Assembly (NCBI GenBank): GCA_964016885.1
Contig: OZ024746.1
Coordinates: 88,226,001-88,290,000 of the forward strand
Direction of reading: 5' to 3'
Length of the DNA stretch: 64,000 nucleotides
DNA from: Eledone cirrhosa
Lineage: Eukaryota
Within the stretch, counting starts at the first letter, position 1, and each line of letters starts with the position of its first letter. A program made the translations under genes and the position numbers. The notes beneath the pieces are model-generated. The model searched no databases. It saw only the letters and a list, made by a program, of their open reading frames with translations, and had not been told where the DNA came from. Below are positions 55,231-64,000 of the stretch, one piece after another.

Positions 55231-55820
55231 GAGAAATTAGAAATTATAAGCTTTCACCGTATTTTAGACTAAAGAAATGTCTAGCCTGATAGTGGGGTTT
55301 ATAACCCTCGGAGAAATGGAAAAAGATGATAACCAAAGATGTGGGTTCGACTCCCATGTACGGCAACACTCATCTTTTTCCATTTCTCCGAGGGTTATAA
55401 ACCTCACTACCAAGCTAGAAATTTCTTTAGTCTAAAATGCGGTGAAAGCTTATAATTTCTAATTTCTAATTTTCAAACTCGCGTACCGTTTCAAAAACAT
55501 AATTACATGTTTACATTTATAATTTGCTTGCTTATCATTCACTTGCTAAGTTCAAAGCTTCTAATTCGAATGGAAGGAGACGGGATGTGTATTGGTGTAA
55601 TGGTACCACATTGGTCTGGATAACCAAAGATGTGGGTTCGACTCCCATGTACGGCAACACTCATCTTTTTCCATTTCTCCGAGGGTTATAAACCCCACTA
55701 TCAGGCTAGAAATTTCTTTAGTCTAAAATACGGTGAAAGCTTATAATTTCTAATTTCTAATTTTCAAATTCGCGTACCGTTTCAAAAACATACTTACATG
55801 TTTACATTTTTAATTTGCTT
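55231..55820 (+). mobile_element. Tandem 291-bp-unit element containing a tRNA-like cassette, with inverted 5' arm
   Basis: 55330-55530 repeats at 55621-55820; 55233-55329 is an inverted copy; TA flanks. Confidence 0.85.
55584..55656 (+). pseudogene. tRNA-like sequence (D, anticodon and T arms paired; acceptor stem degraded)
   Basis: TGGT-GTAATGGT-ACCA, TTGGT-CTGGATA-ACCAA, GTGGG-TTCGACT-CCCAT. Confidence 0.7.
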
Positions 55821-56064
55821 GTATATATATATACATATATATATATGTGTGAGTGTATATAAATATATATATATATATATACATATGTGTGTATCTGTGC
55901 ATATATATATATATATATTGAGAAGAGTTACACAAAATTCGATGAGTATATCAAAGAATGAGTGTTACAGTAAATTGTAAGCACTCTACGGAGAAATAAT
56001 TTTCCGGGGTTATTAATATTACAATATAAATATTAATAAAATAGATGTTCTTTCGATCAATTAC

Positions 56065-56117
56065 ATTTTATTATACATATTTCGGATGTAAAACAGTACG
56101 TCCTCAGCAGACAAAAT
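56065..56117 (-). ncRNA. Degenerate hammerhead (core A6 mutated to C)
   Basis: Minus strand ATTTTGT CTGCTGA GGACGTA CTGTTT TACATCC GAAA TATGTA TA ATAAAAT. Confidence 0.6.
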
Positions 56118-56170
56118 ATAGTGATACATGACATACCCTGAGATGTTAAATGGTTAAGATTTGTTGAGAT

Positions 56171-56670
56171 GTTTGTGTTCATTTTTCTATTTTTCTATTT
56201 ATATTTTATATTTTTATATTTGTTTATTTAAATATAAATATAAATAGAAAATATAAATAGAAAAATAGAAAAATGAACACAAACACACACAGACACCCGG
56301 ATGTGGCGCATGTGCAAACTGAGCACACAACACACACACAGAAACAAAATGGCGTAGGATAGAAGAAAGGAAAGGCACAGAAACGAAGAAAGGAATCCCC
56401 AGTCACTGAAGAGGTCACAGAGTGTGTGACGAAAGGACTATGACTATATATATAAACAACTATCTGGTTGTGGAACCAACCAACCAACCAGAAATTTATA
56501 AGTTTGTAAATATGTAAATTTGTAAATTTATGAATATATAATAAATTGAAGTGAAAGCAACTGGTGCGTGTGTTTATTATTGGCAACATGACCCTCCCAA
56601 AGTATAACAATATCGGTTTCAACACACGATTTCAGATAAAGAATCTTGCTAAACAAATTCAGAAACGAAA
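56171..56670 (+). mobile_element. Solo pLTR of the 13590-16250 PLE subfamily with small 5' inversion and ORF-start tail
   Basis: 56272-56610 aligns with the reverse complement of 13590-13905. Palindrome 56171-56284. The tail encodes [28 protein letters not shown]. Confidence 0.9.
56401..56445 (+). ncRNA. Minimal type I hammerhead ribozyme in solo pLTR
   Basis: AGTCA CTGAAGA G GTCACA GAGTG TGTGAC GAAA GGAC TA TGACT. Confidence 0.9.
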
Positions 56671-56751
<81 letters not shown>

Positions 56752-56983
56752 AAGGCGGGTAAAATTCCCGAGATCCATGGACGAGTTCTCTCCAGCGGTC
56801 TCTGTCCCTCATTATCGCTGCCATGTCCTGCATCTCCAACAGACCAGTGTCTGTCCTGAGGGCATCAACATACGTTAACCTTGGTCTTCCTCTTCTAGTG
56901 TGTCCATGTATATGTATATATAGATATATATAAATATTTTACTTACACACACACACAAGCACATTTATATATATATACATATG

Positions 56984-57079
<96 letters not shown>

Positions 57080-57180
57080 TATATACATATATATATATAT
57101 ATACACACAGACACACACATGTATATGAATATACATATATATATACACACACCCACTTACATATATATATATATATATAT

Positions 57181-57372
57181 AACAAAGGTATTGTGGTAAG
57201 GAACCAGATGGATCATAACGCACCAGAGTACTCAATACTTAGGGAAGTAGAGTGGGAAATAGGAAAAAAATATGACCCCGACGGCAGACCTAAAGCCGTT
57301 TCGACGGTTATTTCTGGAAATAGACGTCGACGCGGCTTGAGCTCTGCCGTCGGGGTCATACTTTTTCCTATA
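57181..57372 (-). mobile_element. Family F2 element with 5' inversion
   Basis: Same sequence as 6131; palindrome centred near 57316. Confidence 0.8.
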
Positions 57373-57439
57373 TATAAATTACCCCTCATCTTTCATATAT
57401 ATATATATATATATATATGCATGCATACACATACACACA

Positions 57440-57499
<60 letters not shown>

Positions 57500-59356
57500 G
57501 GTGTGTGTGTGTGTGTATGTATATGCTTGCATATATATATAATATATTTTCCTCGTGATGTAATAGTAAATATGATGTCATATTGTTACATAACACAAGT
57601 AATTGCCAAAAGAAAACCGTTGATCAATGCAACATGTAAAGTTAGCCGAGAGTTATTTCCATCCGGTTCCTCACTCAACTAGTGTAAAAGCGGGTCGCAA
57701 TTTGGACTTCCTTCATTAATCAACTTATTTTAATCCATAGCGCTGTCTATCAGTCAATCTAATCAGTCTGTAACACACTATATACAAACCGTTTATTGAA
57801 TTTTATCTTTCATGAAATTACATTTGTGTTCATCCATTATACTCAGTTGGCTGTCTGTTACGTATATAACAAGGGATTTGAAATCTATCTCCATTTTGTG
57901 ATATAGTCTTGAATAATAGTGTAGTTGTTCTTCGTAGCCCTCATTTGAATTTTACACAGTATATTCAATAGCATATCTACTGTAGTTTTGGTCTCGTCGA
58001 AGACGTGGGAAGTAGAATATCTACAAATGTTCACATATATTTCATATGGTTAAAAAGTCAATTATCCGTTTTTCTATTTAAGAGCTATGCGCATGTATAC
58101 ATCTCCGAGTCATTTGCAGTTGTAATAAATCTGGTTTGTATGTAGTGACAGCTATAATGAAAACCCTTGTTAGACTACGTAGACATACGCCATTCTACTT
58201 CAAAACATCTGTCATAACTGTATTAAAGAACTGAATTTAAGAAAGAATAATTTATATAATCTGCTGGTTGGGATTTAGAAATCCACAACATTAATTGTAA
58301 TCAGTGTCAAAATATAGACTACTGGTGTGGCATTGAAAATTATAGTAACTATTTCATATTGTTCTATTTTTGCTGTAAATTCCGAAAGATGTCCAGTGTT
58401 TCGACGCGTAATTCATAATATATTTTAGCGACATATGCATCCTGGTGAATAAGTTTTATAGACGCATTTTTTAGTATCCATTTACATGTAAACATTGAAA
58501 AAGCCGCAGTCATTTGCAGTTGTAATAAATCTATGTTTTATGTAGTGACAGCTATAATGAGAAACCTTTATCGTCCTGAAGGATAACATCGGAAATTAAT
58601 GGAGCGAGATTAGAGAGGAGTAGATAGAAGTTTAAGAAGAATGACAAAATTATTTTGAACCTGATGAAAATATAATTCATCAATACTAGCTTATCCGTTT
58701 AAAATACCACAGTGTTAAAATCAATTAAGTATTTATTATATACTATTCTATCAACGTCCTATTAATTATGCAATGTGTGGCAGTATCATGGGCAGCAAAA
58801 GAAAACATTTTCCCTTTCCTTTAGGTTACCTTATGGGCGAACAAATGCTATTGTTTTTTAATAACTATAAGTTATCCGTGGTCACAACACACTATACTTA
58901 CCATTTTTAGAATATTTCGAAAGCAAACGTAAAATAGTGATTGTTGGTTGAATTTAAATTGTACAACAATTTCTGCTTGAAATTAATATGTTATATGACG
59001 AATATAAAACACCTCTCATAAAACCAATTTTATTTGCTCCATTTCACAGCTCTTCAGTTACAAAAGAAATGACTAACAGAAAATCCTATCCGACCAGTGG
59101 AAGAAATGCTTTTAATTTCTTGGTGTAAATTTATTAGAGGATTACTTTGTCTCTCTGGAGATTCCAGTGCCTAGTAGTATGAGCTGTTTGATTGGTGACA
59201 ATATGTTTGAGGCATATGTTTGAGGTTGATTTGCATGCTATACAAGAATACGAACATTTTTTCATAGTGTCACGTATTATAGTCAGTTAAACGGCATTAA
59301 TCAAATTTGTAGAGAGAAGATTGCTATTCATAGTTATCCCAGTTTATAAATACCAT

Positions 59357-59606
59357 TCAAAATACGGACATTAAAAATATTATCATGCATATAGTACAAC
59401 CCACTGCCTTATAACACACTCCAACAAAAGAGTGAATAATTTCTGCGTGTACATTTATAGCTCTGATTCTGTTCCATATTCTCAATAAAGAAAATAATTT
59501 TAATTCAATGTATACTCGTGCAACACATATGTGCGCATATAGGTACAGAGGTTTCATTAGATAAATGAGTGCAGTATGTGTATGTAAATTCCCAGGCGTA
59601 TATATC
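59357..59606 (-). CDS. Possible terminal exon of a paralogous gene or pseudogene
   Basis: Acceptor gtgtgttccag, phase 2, 250 nt open to TGA, hydrophobic C-terminus. HTALIYLMKP loosely resembles FTARIYSNKS in the exon at 10972. Confidence 0.3.
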
Positions 59607-61576
59607 CTGGAACACACACATGCATACATGATATATATAAAGAAGATCGATAGGAAGATGAACGTTATTATACATCTCGTCCTTATATGTATTCATATTG
59701 ATATACGTATATACGTTTATGATTTCATTTATGCCATTTTTATTGTTCGTTTATATGAAATTGGTTTTACTTTCTATTACAAGAATGACTAAAGACTGAA
59801 GCCGGAAGAAATATATATCATATAAAAAGGATGACCTCATTTCTTTCAAGGAAAATACATACATCACTATGACAACTATTTCTATGTGAAGAAATATAAA
59901 ACGAAATACAATATTCTTATTGTAGAAAAGAAAGAAAATTAATTTGACTAGATTCAAAGTTCAGTTTTTTAATGACGTTGTATAGATGAAAAGGTCATGA
60001 AACATTGGTTCTATTATTGAAACTGCATATTCTAAGAAGGACAATATAATGCGTCAAATCCGATTCTCTATTTTAAGTGAGAAGAATGAAATTGTTGAAG
60101 ATCTGGTATATCTATATCATATCTATTTCTATAACATACACAAAAATAAGGTAGTATCTATAATAATTTGAAATAATTATTTCTCGTATATCACCCATTC
60201 ACCTATGATTGTCATTTTTTTATGTTGTTTAGATTTATGTCCGAGCCAGGCGTATATCTCGTGTATCTACTTATATTATAACCAAATTATCCCTCCATTT
60301 CCAAATGAAGTTGTATATGATTTATGCCATTTTCTAGACTTTGAGGAGCCACGTAGGAGGTCTCTCATCGCCTAGAATATATATGGGTTCATGCCATTAT
60401 ATTACATATTTATATGTGCGTCACGGTTATCATTATGTTAAAGATATACATCTCTACTCTAACGGCTTGGTCTTATAATCGGTTTCCGAATGTTGCGTCA
60501 CATCTAAAATATTGATTATATAGAAGTAAAAACTGTAAACCATAGATGTGTGTTAGAGACTATTGCCAGGCACTAGCTCAGTAACAAAGTGAGGTGAAAA
60601 TAACTATGAAGCCTTTTTCTCGGAAATATCTATGACGACATTTCAAGGAAAATAATTATCGAGCATTTTCTCGGTATTTGCTATGAAGCCTTTTTCTTGG
60701 AAAGATGAGAAATGTAGGGTGGACAGAATACTCGACACGGAGTCATGCACATCATATTTTATGCAATCCAAAATTAGTGGATAACAAATAAATACATATT
60801 CTACATTGTGGTGATTTTAAACCACCGAAACGAGACAAAGAATTCACTGAGGATACTAATAAATTGCATTAAATCGTGTAAGCGTTATATTCCCAGGTAT
60901 CAATATTTCTCGTAAAAAATCCATAGCAGAAAAACTGATTGTGTTAAAATATATAATTAAAATATTTCTAACTTTTCGTACATACGTAAATTATATGCAA
61001 GAGAGGTTTTGGTGCTACACACTTCTTTCCGTCAAATACTAACCGAACAGGGATAACATACTTCATTTTGAAGTATGTATGTAGGATTACCAGTGGCTAT
61101 TAGGATTTTCTTCAAAATCAGTGAGAAAGAGATCGGTTATGAATAAAGCCTTTAGCATTTGTAACATTTCTATTCCGATTTAATTTCATATTAATACCTG
61201 TTAATATTTATGAACTTTGCTATAATCAGAAGCAGCCCACAAGAAGAAATCATTTTGCAAATGCATTCTCTATTATATATAGAGGAAGATATATATCATA
61301 ATAATCAATTGTATAACAATGTTCATATGTTACATGTAAATTAACAGTGACCTTATCTTAAATATTCTGTATAAATATGGCCGTCAAAACAATATAGTTC
61401 TTCCGTTATTATTATGGAGATTATAAGGGGTCTTTATTAAATAAAAGAAAGCATTTTAATGACTTTTAAATTTAAATACATGTCATATATTCCACAGCGT
61501 AATTGATATTTCATTATATTGATAGTCTCTAAAATTATGTTTATTTATAAATGTGTAAATGCTGGGTATAAAGTCT

Positions 61577-61867
61577 ATGTACAAGTATAGCAATTTCGGT
61601 GCAATTCCGTGAGAGATTCTAAGAGGAGATGTGTGCCAAAAATCGATAGACAGACAGACAACCACAGTTTTATATATATAGATTATGTTGAATATAATTT
61701 CAATCCTATATGTTTTCATTGCAAATGAAAACATATAGGATTGAAATTATATTCAACATAATCTATATATATAAAACTGTGGTTGTCTGTCTGTCTATCG
61801 ATTTTTGGCACACATCTCCTCTTAGAATCTCTCACGGAATTGCACCGAAATTGCTATACTTGTACAT
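61577..61867. repeat. Perfect palindrome, 144-bp arms with 3-nt loop
   Basis: 61577-61720 is the reverse complement of 61724-61867; loop gca. Confidence 0.95.
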
Positions 61868-62541
61868 TGAGCCCTAGCGAAGACATCGGAAAAAAATAAT
61901 TTCAAATTGACCCACCCTATGTGACGAAATCGAATATAATGTATCGATTTTTGAGCGTAAGTTATCAGTTATTTCCCTTTGTTCTGTTTACATTGAGCGT
62001 CTTACGTAAAAAATTACGCTGGCTTTCTCAGCGTTTAAAATGACATTAACACAATACACGAACAGATCAGTTCGAACACTAAGCTTCCGTTTTGCTTCAT
62101 TTCCATTTAAAAGCATTTTAAAACAATATTTTTACTTGAAAACAAGTCTATTTAAAGACTACGTAAAACAAGCAAATATTTCAGGCGTGCAGACAGACAG
62201 TCGTGCAGAGAGGTGATATAGGCGTGCAGACAGACATAACTGATAATTTGATTACGCTAATGTTTTTCTCTGCGTTGCAGTGTTTACATTTTCGATCTTT
62301 GTTAATAAATAACCAGTGCAGTTTTTATCCCCAGCATCCTCTTTTGTTATAACATTCGGGTTATCGTTATGTTTTCTTAACTTCATAAGGCATATTGTTG
62401 GTTGAGGGAATATTAATCAAAAACACCACATGCAAGTCTGCACAGTAGATACTACAGTTTTTAAGCCAAAAAAGAAACTTAACATTGTAACTTTAACACA
62501 GCTACTGAGCGACCCCGAGCAACGCCGGGCTTTACTGCTAG
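61762..62541 (+). mobile_element. Non-autonomous Helitron
   Basis: A|TCTATATATATAAAA 5' end, (GTCT)n near the start, subterminal hairpin CCCGAGCAACGCCGGG, and 3' CTAG|T. Confidence 0.85.
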
Positions 62542-64000
62542 TAGTTAAATATAAACAAAACGAATATTCACAGAAAGCATTTCAAATACGTATAATTGTT
62601 TGCCCAAATATTTCGAAATATCAACAATATATTGCAGATTTATTTATTCGGGCATAAATCCATTTTTCTGAATTGTCAGTTACAATTCATGATTGTGTGT
62701 ATGTGGTTCCCTTTCTGACGTCAGTATATAAATATATAATTGATGGTACATTTCCAACTGTCCTATAGGTGGATCCAGACCCCATAGGAATACAACCTAT
62801 TGAGCCATTTTTACACCACTAGAAGTTTTCCTATGATATTATGCTGGCTCACAGTCATGAGTTCAAATGGAAATATACCCAACATACACAATCAATTCGA
62901 TGCAAGAAAAGGGATAATTCCAACTTCCTGTTGTCCAGTGTGAAAGTGCGGTTCCATGATGAAGTCTATAACGTCCCCAGAAGGAAGTGAAGCATTTATT
63001 AACAGAAACACTTTCAATGCCTCGAGAGAGTTCACATGCGATGTTGTGATCTATAAACATCAGGCACATTATGCAAATACTAATACAAAGTCCACCTTAG
63101 GCAATCATTCAGACAGCCACAGCACATTCACAGTGAATACACAAAGATGACAATGTTATGTTAACCTCAATAAGACCCCATGTTTATATGGCTCTGTTAT
63201 GATCAGAGACACACTCTTACAGATAACACAGACCAACAATTATAACATGCCACAATTGCTCAGAGATTCGTCCTTACGAACGCACAGACACACAGAGTTA
63301 TACATACATATACATATATATCCTCCTAGTTTCGAACGGACTAATAGCTAACACACACATACAGTCACACACGTATACGCACAAGCACGTGTATAGCTCT
63401 ATATTTAAAAAAAGAATGGCCTTTTTACTTTTTGAGTGATTCGCCCGATCATCGCCTTTTAAATCAACATTTGATAGAGTTTGTGGCAGGAATGGACTTG
63501 TGTTTCACTTTCAGCCACTTCCCTACTTCTCAAACCTTCTATTTCTATTTTAATTTCTCATTCTATATTTTTACGAAGGACTAGCGTCCGAAATATTAAG
63601 GCCTGCTTCTCCATTACGAGCCCATTATTCGCTTTATCTAGTCATACCATATTAGCTGAGGACTTCCGAATGACATTTCTGCCCACGCATGTAACACTCG
63701 TTAACATCATGGATCCACCAATTATCACTGAACCGTGTGGCACATCAGGTCAGTCTGAATTCGTTCAAACAGTTATCAGCGATAAGGTCATCCCCTCCAG
63801 TTCTTTCCCTCACCTGATCTCTTCGTTTCCAATGTAACCTCTCAAAGAGCTTCCCAGTATCGCCTTTTCCATGGCTCTTTGCATAGAACATTGCAGGTAG
63901 ACGCGTCAGTTTGAATAAGTATGCACGAGTTGCTTTGCTGAAATCCTATTAAACATGTCGCGTTTCTTGGTTATATCTAGGCTAGGATACACATAAACTT

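Noticed and set aside
55584-55656. Functional tRNA-Ser(GGA)
   Set aside because: The acceptor stem is poorly paired, there is no long variable arm, and it is embedded in a repeat.
60203-60503. Internal exon upstream of the 59606 exon
   Set aside because: Plausible splice sites but multiple stops in every frame.

Overview
AT-rich animal genomic DNA, most likely from a coleoid cephalopod (Octopus-like). That assignment is an inference from the MetaSINE-type SINE and the extreme (TA)n content. The window is dominated by (TA)n microsatellites and retroelements. (1) There are two RT + GIY-YIG Penelope-like elements (PLEs) of one clade, tentatively Naiad-like: a young 5'-truncated copy at 41671-45503 with near-identical 340-bp inverted pseudo-LTRs and one in-frame stop, and an older copy at 13590-16250. 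A solo pseudo-LTR lies at 56171-56670. (2) More than a dozen minimal type I hammerhead ribozyme motifs are present. They belong to these PLEs, to decayed Poseidon/Neptune-type PLEs, and to several short non-coding, TA-targeted families with tandem units and 5' inversions (retrozyme-like). One such family carries a tRNA-like cassette instead of a visible hammerhead. (3) A phase-consistent three-exon candidate host gene on the minus strand (32250-10747) would encode a 240-aa secreted protein I cannot assign to a family, with possible paralogous exons near 59.5 kb. (4) The rest is LINE remnants (Tx1/L1, R4-type RLE, RTE, CR1, CRE), SINEs, a non-autonomous Helitron with a perfect 144-bp-arm palindrome over its 5' junction, and mariner MITEs. 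Nearly all YIYI/CVCV ORFs in the track are microsatellite artefacts. All structure calls were made by eye; no searches or folding programs were run.
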